DNA from: Pseudobdellovibrionaceae bacterium
GTDB taxonomy: Bacteria > Bdellovibrionota > Bdellovibrionia > Bdellovibrionales > Bdellovibrionaceae
NCBI GenBank assembly: GCA_039810425.1
Contig: JBDHWW010000001.1
Location: forward strand, 32,001-96,000
Length of the DNA stretch: 64,000 nucleotides
Direction of reading: 5' to 3'
The notes below the pieces were generated by a model. That model saw nothing but the letters and a program-made list of their open reading frames with translations. It had not been told where the DNA came from and did not search any database. Positions 9,353-20,015 of the stretch are shown piece by piece (position 1 is the stretch's first letter; every line of letters begins with the position of its first letter). The position numbers and the translations under genes are program-made.

Positions 9353-10665
9353 CTAGAAACCTTCACGACTAAGAAAAAGGGCTCAATTTCCTTTACCACA
9401 GATGTTTTATACCCCGCTTTTTCAACCCAGTCAGGTATCTCGCTCCAATTTTCTTGGACGAGATAGAAACTGTCTTCCTGCGGCAAAGATTGCGAAAGAG
9501 AGTCATAGAAGTCGTGGCGGCTCATGCCGCGAAGTTTGTAGATAGGCATCTTGTTTTCGTACCAAATGGTTGAAGCGATTTGATAAGTACCAGCGTATAA
9601 AGGTTGATACTCTTGTTGCAGGTTTGCGAGTGGACGGAAGCGGAATTGGTCACGAAAAGGTTTGGCCACCGGATTGTTCTTCGGCAGAAAAATTGCGGAT
9701 GAGAATCCAAATACATAAAACACGAGCCAGAATCCAGAAGTCCACAACGCGATCTTCTTGGCGTTGGGCGAAAAAAGAACCAAGGCAAAAATCACCGGGA
9801 ACGCCGTGTTTGGCCAATTGAGCTCTACAGTTCCACGGAAGGATGAAAGAAAGAAAAATAAAAGTGGACCCCAGCCTAGATACTGCAAGAATTTGAAATC
9901 CCGCGGCGGCTTTGCACGAAGCGCGGCATAAATCACCAGCGGAAAAAGAAGCATGACTTCAGCAGCGACGTATCCAAGAGTCCAATCCGGTGCCCAGTTA
10001 GTTTTACCAAGGCCGTGATCAATCTGAAATCGAAATGAAGCAAAATCGTTTTGAATATTCCATAGAATCACAGGAAGCGAGCAGACCAAGCCGCCCGTAA
10101 TAGTCAGCAGAATTTTTTTCAGGGAAACTTCTCGCAGGCGCTTTTCAAAGAACAAGTAAGCTAAAATAAAAGGAACGAAAAGAACAATGTGATACTTGCT
10201 ACAGAAACCTAAACCAAGCGAGGCACCGAGCAGAAAATAATCACGGGCCTTTTGGTGATTCAAACATTGCTGAAAGAAATAAATCGCCAACGACCAAAAA
10301 AGTAAAAGTGGGACATCCGGCGTTCCTACCATTGAGCCAAATCCTACAAGTGGCGAGAAGAAGGCCAGTGCGTACCAATGCTTGTAGGTATCCCAGGAAA
10401 ACCGTGGTTTTAAAATGTAATACCAGACAAGAAAGATAAGATGGCCGAAAAGAACCGTCGGTAGCCGTAACAGTTGACCGTAAGGTTCTAGCCAATGTCC
10501 CAAATAAAATAACCAGGCAACGAACGGGGGGTGGTCGAAGTAACTGAGCTGCATGTGGTGTGACCACATCCAATAGTAGGCTTCATCAGGACTCAACGGA
10601 AGTAGGGCCGCGAGTCCGATTTTTAAGAGCAGGCTAAGGATCCAAACTTGTAAAAACTGTCGCAC
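9349..10665 (-). CDS. ArnT/PMT (GT-C) family glycosyltransferase
   Basis: DEAYYW.W, SYFDHPP, TPD.PL, SKY motifs; polytopic membrane protein. Confidence 0.9.
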   Translation of the reverse strand: MRQFLQVWILSLLLKIGLAALLPLSPDEAYYWMWSHHMQLSYFDHPPFVAWLFYLGHWLEPYGQLLRLPTVLFGHLIFLVWYYILKPRFSWDTYKHWYALAFFSPLVGFGSMVGTPDVPLLLFWSLAIYFFQQCLNHQKARDYFLLGASLGLGFCSKYHIVLFVPFILAYLFFEKRLREVSLKKILLTITGGLVCSLPVILWNIQNDFASFRFQIDHGLGKTNWAPDWTLGYVAAEVMLLFPLVIYAALRAKPPRDFKFLQYLGWGPLLFFFLSSFRGTVELNWPNTAFPVIFALVLFSPNAKKIALWTSGFWLVFYVFGFSSAIFLPKNNPVAKPFRDQFRFRPLANLQQEYQPLYAGTYQIASTIWYENKMPIYKLRGMSRHDFYDSLSQSLPQEDSFYLVQENWSEIPDWVEKAGYKTSVVKEIEPFFLVVKVSR

Positions 10666-10666
10666 T

Positions 10667-11743
10667 TTAGAAATTTAGTTTTACTGGTTTACCGAGGTTT
10701 CCCGGAATGCCAAGATCTTTTCCGTTAACGATGACGTTAACAGCACCACCATTGCTGATATTGAGTTTAAGGCCTGTTTTGCTCTTGAAGGTATGTACTT
10801 GTTCAGCGCTCAAAGTGATTTTCTCGATCTTTCCATCTTTTGTTGAAACCTCCACCTCAACGTTATCCAGGGCTTCTAGGATAACTTCAACCGGTTTGTT
10901 TGCCGGAGTTGGGGAAACTGTTGGTGACACACTTGGTGAAGGACTTGGCGTTGGGGTCGGAGTCGGAGTCGCCGTTGCCGACGGGCTTGGCTTAGGCGTC
11001 GGGGTTGGGGTCGGGGTTACAGAGTGAGCTGGTGTCGGCGTTGGCGTCAGTTTTGGTGAGGACGTTGTTGCCGGAGTTTCTGTCGTCACCGGAGTTTGTG
11101 AAGGGGTTGGCGTGCTGAGTGGTGTGCTCATCACAGTCGCCGCAGGAGATGGAGATGGTTGGGTTAAGCCAATAGTTGCTTCTGTGGAGGGTGTATTTGA
11201 CTCCGGCGTCGCCTCAGAGGGCGGCAAAGGAGTCGTCACTTCGACCTCCGAGATGGCACCTTCTTTTTGATACTTATCAATCATCTTCTTTGTGAAAACA
11301 ATCAAACCAACCAGAACTAAGCCGAGCACCGTAAATGTGGCCGTCTTGGAGTTATTATTTTTAGTGGCGAGAGTGCTGTAGGTTTTTTCTTGGGCTGGCG
11401 CGGTACTGCGCGGGGGGTGTTGTGCGGGCTCCAAACCTTTTTTTTCTTGTTGCATGGATTCGAGCGTCGAATCTTGCTCGGGCATTTGAATCAAGGGGCT
11501 GGGCTTTGTTGTTCCCATTTCATCTTGGAAAATGCGCAAGACCTCGTTGACGTCTAGGCGCAGGTAGTGCGCATAACTTTGCACGAATCCGCGAAGAAAT
11601 GTCTTTGCGGGAAGTTGATTGGTATCACCGTCCTCAATCGCTTTTAAAACCTTGCTGCTAATCTTCAATGATAGGGCGATTTCATTGATTGAAAGTCCCT
11701 TTTGCTCCCTGGCTTTCTTAAGGATATCACCGGTGCGTTTCAT
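10667..11743 (-). CDS. rodZ: RodZ family helix-turn-helix membrane protein
   Basis: G..LK.ARE..GLS HTH, F.RGFV.SYA..L, TM, Pro/Thr-rich linker, C-terminal N.GAV.V.VNGK domain. Confidence 0.88.
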   Translation of the reverse strand: MKRTGDILKKAREQKGLSINEIALSLKISSKVLKAIEDGDTNQLPAKTFLRGFVQSYAHYLRLDVNEVLRIFQDEMGTTKPSPLIQMPEQDSTLESMQQEKKGLEPAQHPPRSTAPAQEKTYSTLATKNNNSKTATFTVLGLVLVGLIVFTKKMIDKYQKEGAISEVEVTTPLPPSEATPESNTPSTEATIGLTQPSPSPAATVMSTPLSTPTPSQTPVTTETPATTSSPKLTPTPTPAHSVTPTPTPTPKPSPSATATPTPTPTPSPSPSVSPTVSPTPANKPVEVILEALDNVEVEVSTKDGKIEKITLSAEQVHTFKSKTGLKLNISNGGAVNVIVNGKDLGIPGNLGKPVKLNF

Positions 11744-12498
11744 TTTTCTGCCTTCCTTAACATATCGAGCATCGCCTTAGATTTCTCTCGGTATTTACCT
11801 TCCGGATACAGCTTCACAATTTCAGAAAAACGCGCAATCGACTTATCTTTATCGCCTAAGCGGTAGTAAGTCAGCGCACTGTAGTAGTGAGGTTCATCAT
11901 AAAGAGCGCGTTGGCAGAACCCGATGGCAGTATCGAGCGCTGGCGCCGCTTTATCATATTCTTTCATTTCAAAAAAAGAGCGCCCGTAATAAGTGTTTGC
12001 AATACAATTGTCGCGGGAGGCATTGATAGCATGCAAGAAATTTTCTTTCGCATCTTTATAGTTCTTTTGATTGAACTTCGCGAGTCCCATATTCACGTAG
12101 GCCTTGTCAATAGACGGATAGGTCAAATCATCGATTACGATTTGCACTTCTTTTTCCGCTTCAGAAAACCGCCCTTCCTCAATCAATACGCGGCCTAAGT
12201 TGTTGCGCGCGTCGCTGTATTTTGGGCTCAGACTAATGGCTTTACGTATATGCTTTTCAGCTAGATCGTTTCGCTGGCGCATGAGGTACACGAGTCCAAG
12301 ACTGTTTTGAATGGCAGGATTCTTCGAATCGAGTTCCTCGGCCTTTAGCAGAGCACTGAGTGCCGCCGGATAATTGCCATTGCCAAATTGTGTACTACCC
12401 ATCTGCAAGAAGAGTTCCGCTTTTTCTGAGTCTGTTGCGCTGGTAGTTGCACAAGCAGCTAAGATAAATAGTGAGAAAGTCAGGATTATTTTGGCCAT
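11740..12498 (-). CDS. PilF/PilW-like TPR lipoprotein (type IV pilus secretin pilotin)
   Basis: Lipobox LAAC; TPRs (ARNNLG, DLTYPSIDKAYVNMG); upstream of rodZ as in other bacteria. Confidence 0.8.
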   Translation of the reverse strand: MAKIILTFSLFILAACATTSATDSEKAELFLQMGSTQFGNGNYPAALSALLKAEELDSKNPAIQNSLGLVYLMRQRNDLAEKHIRKAISLSPKYSDARNNLGRVLIEEGRFSEAEKEVQIVIDDLTYPSIDKAYVNMGLAKFNQKNYKDAKENFLHAINASRDNCIANTYYGRSFFEMKEYDKAAPALDTAIGFCQRALYDEPHYYSALTYYRLGDKDKSIARFSEIVKLYPEGKYREKSKAMLDMLRKAEK

Positions 12499-12519
12499 GT
12501 AATCAAGTTAAGCACTCAC

Positions 12520-13695
12520 TCACGGAGTGTCAACGGCTAGCTCTGCTATGGTCTCGACGTGGTCGGTTTGAGGAAACATTTCGAAGCACTGTACTCGGCG
12601 TAGTTTGAGCGTGCGTGAGCTGGACGTTTGTTCTTGGGCCTCAAAAAAATACTTTAAATCACGCGCTAGAGAAGCGGGATGACAACTAATATAGATAATT
12701 CGTTCTACACCGGCATGTGCGAGAGCTTTCATAGTTGCTTCATCCGCTCCAGCACGAGGAGGGTCGAGTAAAACCAGGTCCTTTGGCTGGAACTTTGTTT
12801 TTCTCATGAAGGAATCCACGTCAGACAAATAGAACCGCACTCGTTTGTTGAGAGAGTCGTCCTTCTGAATTCTCTCGGTCGCCCGTTGAACAAGCTTAGA
12901 GTCCAGTTCTGCCGCGATGATCGGAAGATTGGAATACTGAGCGGCAAATGGGAAAGTAAAGTTTCCGCCGCCCGCATAGAGATCAAAAATACGTTCATAT
13001 TGAGGACCGCGACTCCACTCGAGCGCAGTTCGCAAAAGGTCCTCGTTTTGAAAACGGTTTACCTGCGAGAAGCCAACACCTTCCTTTTCTTCGCCCATCA
13101 AAAGCCACTGAGGTTTTTCATGTTGATCAAGATAGATCTCTAGGCGCTGAATATCTTTGGAGTTCGCGTATGTCTTATCCATCTCAGATTTAATATGGGC
13201 AAATTCGTTCGTGATCGTCTCTTCGGTGATGGGGCAATCGGCCGCCTCAACGATGGCATGGCTTCGCCGTGCGAAGAAACCGAATTTACCACGGTGATAT
13301 TTCGGCTGGATGCGATTGCGATATCGGAGCGAAGGACTTGTTTGAATCGGAAGAAATTCGAAATCGTGGACTGGCAAAAATTTTTTTAAAATTTCTTGGA
13401 CCATGGTTTGTTTTTGCCGACGCTGCTCGAACTCGACAACGTGCTGCCAGTTACAGCCACCACAGCGATCGGCAATTGGACAAGGAGGAGTTCTGCGTGA
13501 CGGGCCGGATTTCAAAATGTTAACGATTTGAGCTTCCGCGAAGTTTTTTTTCTTCGTGGTGATTTCCACGAGGAGCTCGTCACCGGGGGCGGCATCGGGC
13601 ACAAAAACAACAAAGCCATCGTGGCGGGCAATGCCCGAACCGCCGATGGCCAGTTTTTCAATCGTTACAGTGAGTTGTTGTCTCTGTGACGACAT
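12520..13695 (-). CDS. TRAM-domain RNA (uracil-C5)-methyltransferase, RlmD/TrmA family
   Basis: TRAM, CPIADRCGGC.WQH 4Fe-4S motif, DLYAGGG, LDPPRAG, YISC.PASLARD, MFPQTDHVE. Confidence 0.92.
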   Translation of the reverse strand: MSSQRQQLTVTIEKLAIGGSGIARHDGFVVFVPDAAPGDELLVEITTKKKNFAEAQIVNILKSGPSRRTPPCPIADRCGGCNWQHVVEFEQRRQKQTMVQEILKKFLPVHDFEFLPIQTSPSLRYRNRIQPKYHRGKFGFFARRSHAIVEAADCPITEETITNEFAHIKSEMDKTYANSKDIQRLEIYLDQHEKPQWLLMGEEKEGVGFSQVNRFQNEDLLRTALEWSRGPQYERIFDLYAGGGNFTFPFAAQYSNLPIIAAELDSKLVQRATERIQKDDSLNKRVRFYLSDVDSFMRKTKFQPKDLVLLDPPRAGADEATMKALAHAGVERIIYISCHPASLARDLKYFFEAQEQTSSSRTLKLRRVQCFEMFPQTDHVETIAELAVDTP

Positions 13696-13706
13696 CTATT
13701 CCGCGA

Positions 13707-14132
13707 CTAAAAGTTGCAGATTTCTTGTTTTTCAAAGAACAAAGCAAGCTCGCGGGCTGCGGACTCAGCAGAGTCAGAACCGTGAACAGCGTTTTCACCA
13801 ACGTTGTCACCGAACTTAGCGCGGACCGTGCCAGCGTTAGCTTTTTTAGGATCTGTTGCACCCATGATTTCACGGTTTTTCAAAACCGCGCCTTCGCCTT
13901 GCAAGCACATCAACATCACAGGACCAGAAGTCATGAAGCTCACCAATTCGCCGAAGAAAGGGCGAGCTTTATGTTCTGCGTAGAACTCTTCAGCTTTAGA
14001 TTTAGACAAGATTTGGATTTTCGCAGCAGCGATTTTCAAACCGTTTGCTTCGAACATGCTCATAATGTCGCCGATAGCGTTTTTCTTCATTGCGTTTGGT
14101 TTAATGATTGAGAATGTTTGCTCAACAGCCAT
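13707..14132 (-). CDS. ndk: Nucleoside diphosphate kinase
   Basis: [26 protein letters not shown]. Confidence 0.98.
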   Translation of the reverse strand: MAVEQTFSIIKPNAMKKNAIGDIMSMFEANGLKIAAAKIQILSKSKAEEFYAEHKARPFFGELVSFMTSGPVMLMCLQGEGAVLKNREIMGATDPKKANAGTVRAKFGDNVGENAVHGSDSAESAARELALFFEKQEICNF

Positions 14133-14222
14133 TAGTTGACTCCTTGTGTTAAATTTAACGTAAGACCATTGGGTTTTAACTAAATATGGCCAGCCTGTCC
14201 ATGGAATTTCATGGATATTTCT

Positions 14223-15443
14223 TTACCAAGCCCAGTAAGGACCCGTGCCGAGCGGCGAAGACTTTCCATCAATACCGTGGAAAATGGTTCGGCCGAAATA
14301 GAATGGTAGACCCCAGTCAAATGCATCCGTGAAAGCGCCGCCAATATTATTGAACATAAAGTTGGGACTGGTTGTAATGGCGTAAGCTCCGTTTTGAATT
14401 TCAAATGAAACAGCTACTTGCGATGTGGCTCCGGTTCCGGATTGGTTTGCCAAAAAAGTCATCTTCGAAGTGGGGCAATAGAATCCACTTGTGCTACTTC
14501 CGGATGCACACGCTGGCAAACTCACAGGTCCCGGGAAGAACAACCCATTAGAGCCGCTATCAATGAATGATTTAGAATAAATTGTGCCATTAAACTGCGT
14601 GCGGAAATTTCCGTTGCCGTCGGCCTGAAAAAAGTTCGCACTGCTTGGAGTATTATTAGTTCTGGTCCCGATACCTAAGATCACATAGCCTGAGGCTGTG
14701 GTCGAGCCGGCTGAAGGAATCGATGGCAGTTGGAAAACCACGCCATTGTTATCGCTGGGCAAGAAGGAGATCGGATTAGAAACTTGTTGTGCAACAGGAA
14801 CCGTTGTCGATGTGCATGAAGATCCGCTACAGGCGAAATAGATGCGATTATTGGCGGTGGTGGCGCAGCCGATGCCACAGTCTTCAGTAAAGACACCTAC
14901 ACCGAGGATTCCGTTGTAGCCAGCGGCTGCTGGGGTAGAGTCAGGGTTTGTACAATCCGTCGGGATTGTTGCATAGCTGGAATCAATGACTTGAATAGGA
15001 ATACTTGAGGCCCTGAGAGATCCTAATACGACATCGGCGGTTTTGACCGGACCCCAGTTGGAGCTGCTATCTGCGTAGGACACGCATTCGGCAAGATTGT
15101 TTCCATTGATTGTTCTTTGTGTCAGGTTCACGGAAACGAGGCTTGAGAAAACGCGAAGCCCAAAACTGCCAGTATCAATCAGAATCTTATCGATCGTCTG
15201 ACAATTTAAAGTGCCTGGTTCACAGATCGTCACGCTTACACAAGGCTGATTGATGTAGTTGCAACTGATCGTAAGCTTCATGACGTTGGCCTCATTGCCA
15301 ACGATCGGAAGGGGGTCACTCGGGCTGCCCGCAATCGTAACCAAAGACTCGCTGATTTCGAAGCCCTTATTAGAACAGTTGTTATATGCAAAGATCGACA
15401 CTACGCTCAGTGCCGTTAGCATAAATGCTCGCCACGTACTCAT
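14223..15443 (-). CDS. DUF3443 family lipoprotein with pepsin-like aspartic protease motifs
   Basis: NQPCVSVTICEPG, IDTGSFGLR, NGILGVG, FIDSGSNG, FDWGLPFYFGR, GPYWAW; lipobox AYNNC; ATG overlaps upstream TGA. Confidence 0.85.
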   Translation of the reverse strand: MSTWRAFMLTALSVVSIFAYNNCSNKGFEISESLVTIAGSPSDPLPIVGNEANVMKLTISCNYINQPCVSVTICEPGTLNCQTIDKILIDTGSFGLRVFSSLVSVNLTQRTINGNNLAECVSYADSSSNWGPVKTADVVLGSLRASSIPIQVIDSSYATIPTDCTNPDSTPAAAGYNGILGVGVFTEDCGIGCATTANNRIYFACSGSSCTSTTVPVAQQVSNPISFLPSDNNGVVFQLPSIPSAGSTTASGYVILGIGTRTNNTPSSANFFQADGNGNFRTQFNGTIYSKSFIDSGSNGLFFPGPVSLPACASGSSTSGFYCPTSKMTFLANQSGTGATSQVAVSFEIQNGAYAITTSPNFMFNNIGGAFTDAFDWGLPFYFGRTIFHGIDGKSSPLGTGPYWAW

Positions 15444-15895
15444 TGCAGATCCTCGGCACTCACTCCCGCTGGAATCAGAGAAGGAACGCAAGCAAAGCCA
15501 CGCTGATCACGCATGCGGCCGCCGCGGCGTATGACCATTTTAGCTGTTTTCATCGAGAGGTTTTTAGCCCCGTACTGTTTAGGAATTGTCTTCAAGCTAT
15601 CGAGATACTCATTGTAGTACGAGCCGAAGAGAGTTTGTAGATCGGGCTTGGAGATTCCATTCCATCCGACTGCGAAGACAACGCCGGATGTATCGGCGTA
15701 TTCCCGAACTGTGTTGCCGTTTTCTTCGTACTCGCGAACCGAGTACTTTTCCGTAGAAAGCTTTGCAGAAACCGCGACTTTTAAAGAAGAAAGATTTTTG
15801 GCAGAGGAGCTGACCTGCTCGCCGAGTGTCGCCGGACAAAAGCCGGGTAACAATGAAACAAAAAGTCCTGTACATACAGCGGCGAGTGTTTTCAT
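15440..15895 (-). CDS. DUF2844 family secreted protein
   Basis: Signal peptide; TVREY...GVVFAV.W.G...PDL..LFG.Y, GG.MR...G.A..P..IP.GV motifs; adjacent to DUF3443. Confidence 0.85.
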   Translation of the reverse strand: MKTLAAVCTGLFVSLLPGFCPATLGEQVSSSAKNLSSLKVAVSAKLSTEKYSVREYEENGNTVREYADTSGVVFAVGWNGISKPDLQTLFGSYYNEYLDSLKTIPKQYGAKNLSMKTAKMVIRRGGRMRDQRGFACVPSLIPAGVSAEDLQ

Positions 15896-16057
15896 AGTCC
15901 CCTTTGATAACTTATCGGCTCTTCTAAAGAGTTTAACAAGGTCACGAGGTGCCCGCAATTGGGGGCGATAGGAATCTTTATCAAAGACGTCTTATTTTGA
16001 GACAAATCCAAAACTATTTACAACTCAAAGCCTTGGTGCAAATAATCCGAACCTCTA

Positions 16058-16088
16058 AAAAAACCCACGCCTTTTAAGCGCGGGTTTA
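16058..16088 (-). terminator. Intrinsic terminator after sucD
   Basis: Minus strand AAACCCGCGC-ttaaaag-GCGTGGGTTT followed by T run. Confidence 0.75.
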
Positions 16089-16112
16089 ATTTTTTAAACT
16101 AAAGTGTCGCTA

Positions 16113-16982
16113 CTATTTCAACATGGATTTCAAAGTTGTTCCCATATCAGCCGGGCTGCGAGAGATCTTCGCTCCTGCCGACAAGAGGGCTTCGAACTTG
16201 GCTTCCGCCGTGCCCTTGCCACCGCTAATGATAGCGCCCGCATGACCCATGCGCTTACCCGCCGGAGCGGCGGCACCTGCGATGAAAGCCGTTACTGGTT
16301 TTTTGAATTCGCGTTTGATGTACTCTGCAGCTTCTTCTTCGGCAGAACCACCGATTTCACCGATCATGATCACGGCGTCGGTGTCTTTGTCTTTATTGTA
16401 CATTTCGAGAACGTCGATGAAGTTTGTGCCATTCACGGGATCACCACCAATACCGACGCATGTAGACTGACCAAGGCCCAAACGAGTCAATTGACCAACA
16501 GCTTCGTAAGTCAGAGTGCCTGAACGAGACAACACGCCGATACGGCCTGGCATATGAATATGACCCGGCATGATACCGATTTTGCATTGTCCGGGTGTGA
16601 TCACCCCAGGGCAGTTAGGACCCACCAAGCGAGTCTTTTTACCCTTCATGTATTGCTTCACCTTCACCATGTCCATCACTGGGATACCTTCAGTGATACA
16701 GATCACAAGGTCTAACTCGGCTTCTACAGCTTCAAGGATAGAATCGGCAGCAAATGGAGGGGGAACGAAGATCATAGATACATTGCAACCAGTTTTCTCT
16801 TTAGCTTCATGAACTGTGTTGAAAACGGGAAGACCGATGTGAGTTGTGCCACCTTTACCAGGAGTCGTACCGCCCACCATTTGAGTTCCATAAGCTTTGC
16901 ATTGCTCAGAGTGGAAAGTCCCTTGGGCGCCGGTGAAACCTTGGCAAATAACTTTGGTATTTTTATCAATCAAAATAGACAT
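16113..16982 (-). CDS. sucD: Succinyl-CoA synthetase alpha subunit
   Basis: [31 protein letters not shown]. Confidence 0.98.
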   Translation of the reverse strand: MSILIDKNTKVICQGFTGAQGTFHSEQCKAYGTQMVGGTTPGKGGTTHIGLPVFNTVHEAKEKTGCNVSMIFVPPPFAADSILEAVEAELDLVICITEGIPVMDMVKVKQYMKGKKTRLVGPNCPGVITPGQCKIGIMPGHIHMPGRIGVLSRSGTLTYEAVGQLTRLGLGQSTCVGIGGDPVNGTNFIDVLEMYNKDKDTDAVIMIGEIGGSAEEEAAEYIKREFKKPVTAFIAGAAAPAGKRMGHAGAIISGGKGTAEAKFEALLSAGAKISRSPADMGTTLKSMLK

Positions 16983-16984
16983 GA

Positions 16985-18151
16985 CTATTGGCCTTTCACA
17001 GCAGCAACGATTTTCTTAGCTGCATCGGTAAGATCATCCGCCGGAGTGATATTTAAACCACTTTCTTTGAGCATTTTTTTACCAAGTTCAACGTTAGTGC
17101 CTTCAAGACGGCAAACCAATGGCACCTTCAAGCCGAGCTCTTTTGAAGCGGCGATCACGCCTTCCGCGATGATGTCACACTTCATGATGCCACCGAAGAT
17201 ATTTACCAAGATCCCTTTTACGTTTGGGTCTTTGAGAATGATTTTGAAAGCCGCGGTTACTTTTTCTTTGTTTGCGCCGCCACCAACATCCAAGAAGTTC
17301 GCCGGTTCCGCACCGTGCAGTTTAATGATGTCCAAAGTAGCCATCGCAAGGCCGGCTCCGTTCACCAAGCATCCGATGTTGCCATCAAGCTTGATAAAAG
17401 CGAGGTCGTACTTAGAAGCTTCGATTTCAGAAGGCTCTTCTTCGTTCAAGTCGCGCATCTCAACGATGTCTTTATGGCGGAAAAGCGAGTTGTCGTCGAA
17501 ATTCATTTTAGCATCGAGGCAAATGACATCGCCTTCTTTTGTCAAAACGAGTGGATTGATTTCTGCAATTGAGCAATCAGTGTCTACAAAGGCCTGGTAA
17601 AGGCCCTGAAAGAATTTTACCGCTTTATTTACATTCTCCGCCGGAATACCGATTTTGAACGCCAACTCACGAGCTTGGAAAGCAGCCAAACCGATGGTGG
17701 GATCGATATCAGCCTTGATAATTTTCTCAGGATGCTTTTCAGCAACCTCCTCGATATCCATACCGCCTTCGGAAGACGCCATCATTGCCGCCCTGCCGGT
17801 TGCGCGGTCGATTAAGCAAGCAACGTAGTACTCTTTTGCGATGTTGCAACCTTGCTCGATGAACACCTTTTGAACCACTTTCCCTTCAGGACCTGTTTGG
17901 TGAGTGACCAAAGTCATCCCGATCATTTTTTTAGTAAGGGTCGAAACTTCGTCCAAAGACTTTGCGATCTTTACACCGCCACCTTTACCGCGGCCGCCGG
18001 CATGGATTTGAGACTTCACAACCCACAATGCGCCACCAATTTCTTTCGCTGCCGCCACGGCCTCCTCAGGAGAGTGCGCCAATTGACCTTTCAATGTGGC
18101 AACACCATATTTTCTGAGAATGGATTTGGCCTGATACTCATGAATATTCAT
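16985..18151 (-). CDS. sucC: Succinyl-CoA synthetase beta subunit
   Basis: [41 protein letters not shown]. Confidence 0.98.
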   Translation of the reverse strand: MNIHEYQAKSILRKYGVATLKGQLAHSPEEAVAAAKEIGGALWVVKSQIHAGGRGKGGGVKIAKSLDEVSTLTKKMIGMTLVTHQTGPEGKVVQKVFIEQGCNIAKEYYVACLIDRATGRAAMMASSEGGMDIEEVAEKHPEKIIKADIDPTIGLAAFQARELAFKIGIPAENVNKAVKFFQGLYQAFVDTDCSIAEINPLVLTKEGDVICLDAKMNFDDNSLFRHKDIVEMRDLNEEEPSEIEASKYDLAFIKLDGNIGCLVNGAGLAMATLDIIKLHGAEPANFLDVGGGANKEKVTAAFKIILKDPNVKGILVNIFGGIMKCDIIAEGVIAASKELGLKVPLVCRLEGTNVELGKKMLKESGLNITPADDLTDAAKKIVAAVKGQ

Positions 18152-18172
18152 GTTTAAGAGCCTTTCAAATAG

Positions 18173-19117
18173 TTACTGAACGTTTTTCAAACCAGCTACA
18201 AGTGCACGAACAGCATCAACAGATTTAGCGAATTCCGCCTTTTCGTCCGCGTTCATTTTGATATCCACGATACCCTCCATGCCCTTGCCGCCAATCTTAG
18301 CCAAGACACCAACCATCATTTTGTCAGAGACACCGAACTCACCGGTGAGCTCAACGGCAACAGGAAGAATACGTTTTTGATCTTTCAAGATTGCTTCTGC
18401 CATTTCAACCGCGCCCCGTGAAGGAGCGTAGTAAGCAGAACCCGTTTTCAGGTGGCCCCCGATTTCAGCGCCGGCTTGTTTTGTACGAGCAACGATGGCT
18501 GCAATTTTATCTGCAGGCATCAAGTCCATCAAGGGGACGCCGCTGACGGAAGCCATACGAACCATTGGCACCATCGCATCACCGTGGTTACCAAGAACAA
18601 CACCCGTCACATCTTTAACAGAGACATTCAACTCTTCAGCGATGAATGCACGGAAGCGAGCCGAATCCAAGCAACCACCCATACCGAGAACGCGTTCACG
18701 AGGAAAGCCCAAGATTTGTTTTGCGTAAACAGCCATGACGTCCATTGGGTTACAAACTACAATCACGAAAGAGTTTGGAGCATGCTTTTTAACGCCCTCA
18801 CAAACGTCTTTTACGATTTTAGCGTTGATACCGATGAGTTCATCGCGGCTCATGCCGGGCTTGCGTGGCATACCCGCTGTGATGATCACCACGTCTGCAT
18901 CAGCGATATCTTCGTACTTACTGGTTCCTTTGATTTTTGAATCGAACATTTCGATCGGTGCGGCTTGTGCCAAGTCGAGGGATTTCCCAATGGCTGTGCC
19001 TTCGTTGACGTCAAGAACGACAATGTCGCCTAACTCTTTCTGAGCTGCCCAGTGAGCAGTTGTTGAGCCTACGAAACCCGCGCCAATAACGGCGATTTTA
19101 TTTCTTTTGTGAGCCAT
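18173..19117 (-). CDS. mdh: Malate dehydrogenase (LDH-like)
   Basis: IGAGFVG, TAGMPRKPGMSRDEL, LDSARF, HGD, GSAYYAP; upstream of sucCD. Confidence 0.96.
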   Translation of the reverse strand: MAHKRNKIAVIGAGFVGSTTAHWAAQKELGDIVVLDVNEGTAIGKSLDLAQAAPIEMFDSKIKGTSKYEDIADADVVIITAGMPRKPGMSRDELIGINAKIVKDVCEGVKKHAPNSFVIVVCNPMDVMAVYAKQILGFPRERVLGMGGCLDSARFRAFIAEELNVSVKDVTGVVLGNHGDAMVPMVRMASVSGVPLMDLMPADKIAAIVARTKQAGAEIGGHLKTGSAYYAPSRGAVEMAEAILKDQKRILPVAVELTGEFGVSDKMMVGVLAKIGGKGMEGIVDIKMNADEKAEFAKSVDAVRALVAGLKNVQ

Positions 19118-19233
19118 GATGTCCCCTTAGATTGTGAGTGAGATCTGATTAAAAAATTAGATTGCTTTCAAGAGCGTATTCAATCTTAAATCGAGTATTG
19201 AGACAAGTCCGAGTGAGGTGAGTCATCGTAAAT

Positions 19234-19998
19234 ATGTCTTTGCAACTCCAAGGGATCGAAGTCGCATTCGATGCACAAGTTGTTTTAAAAAACATAAACG
19301 TGGAAATTCCACGTGGCGAAGTCCTTGTCTTAATGGGCCCTAGTGGCCAGGGAAAGACGACACTTTTGAAAACCATGGCCGGATTGATAACTCCGCGAAA
19401 TGGCAAAGTTTTTATTAACAATCAGGACTGGTCAACGCTTAGCGGCAACGAACGTTTTGAGACCCTCAAAAAGCTCGGGATGCTCTTCCAAAAAAACGCG
19501 CTCTTTGATTCGCTCACATGCGGAGAAAACATTGCGTTCCCGTTGCGAGAAACCACAGGCCTCAGCGAAGAAGAAATCCAAACGAAAGTCGATGTCTTCC
19601 TTGAGGCTGTCGGGATCACCCACGCCAAGTTTCTTTACCCTGATGAAATCAGTGGTGGGATGCAAAAGCGTCTCGGTATTGCTAGAGCATTAGCTCTTAA
19701 TCCTGACGTCATTTTCTATGATGATCCGACAGCAGGATTGGATCCAATCACTTCTCGAAAAATCATCGAATTGATTCTCGATCTGCAGAAAAAAAACAAC
19801 TCGACAGTTGTTGCAATCACGAATGATGTGAATCGCGCATATCAGCTCGCGAACAGAATGGCGTTGGTTGTGGACCAGGAGCTTGTCATCACAGGAACCC
19901 CTGAGCAGACGAAGAAGCATCCTGATCCACGAGTCCAGCAGTTTATCCACGGCGCTCTTCATGGCCCATTGACTGAAAACCTTGGCCCGCAAGGCTAA
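19234..19998 (+). CDS. mlaF: MlaF/Mkl-type ABC ATPase (copy 1)
   Basis: GPSGQGKT, GMLFQ..ALFDSL, ISGGMQKR, YDDPTAGLDP. Confidence 0.85.
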   Translation: MSLQLQGIEVAFDAQVVLKNINVEIPRGEVLVLMGPSGQGKTTLLKTMAGLITPRNGKVFINNQDWSTLSGNERFETLKKLGMLFQKNALFDSLTCGENIAFPLRETTGLSEEEIQTKVDVFLEAVGITHAKFLYPDEISGGMQKRLGIARALALNPDVIFYDDPTAGLDPITSRKIIELILDLQKKNNSTVVAITNDVNRAYQLANRMALVVDQELVITGTPEQTKKHPDPRVQQFIHGALHGPLTENLGPQG

Positions 19999-20015
19999 AA
20001 CGCTGGTTCTGCAAA

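Noticed and set aside
10900..11110. Short tandem repeats in rodZ
   Set aside because: They encode the ordinary Pro/Thr linker; not a CRISPR or mobile repeat.
16104..19043. Long antisense ORFs over sucCD and mdh (similarly over ndk, tsf, rpsB)
   Set aside because: Shadow frames of strongly codon-biased genes; no motifs or RBS.
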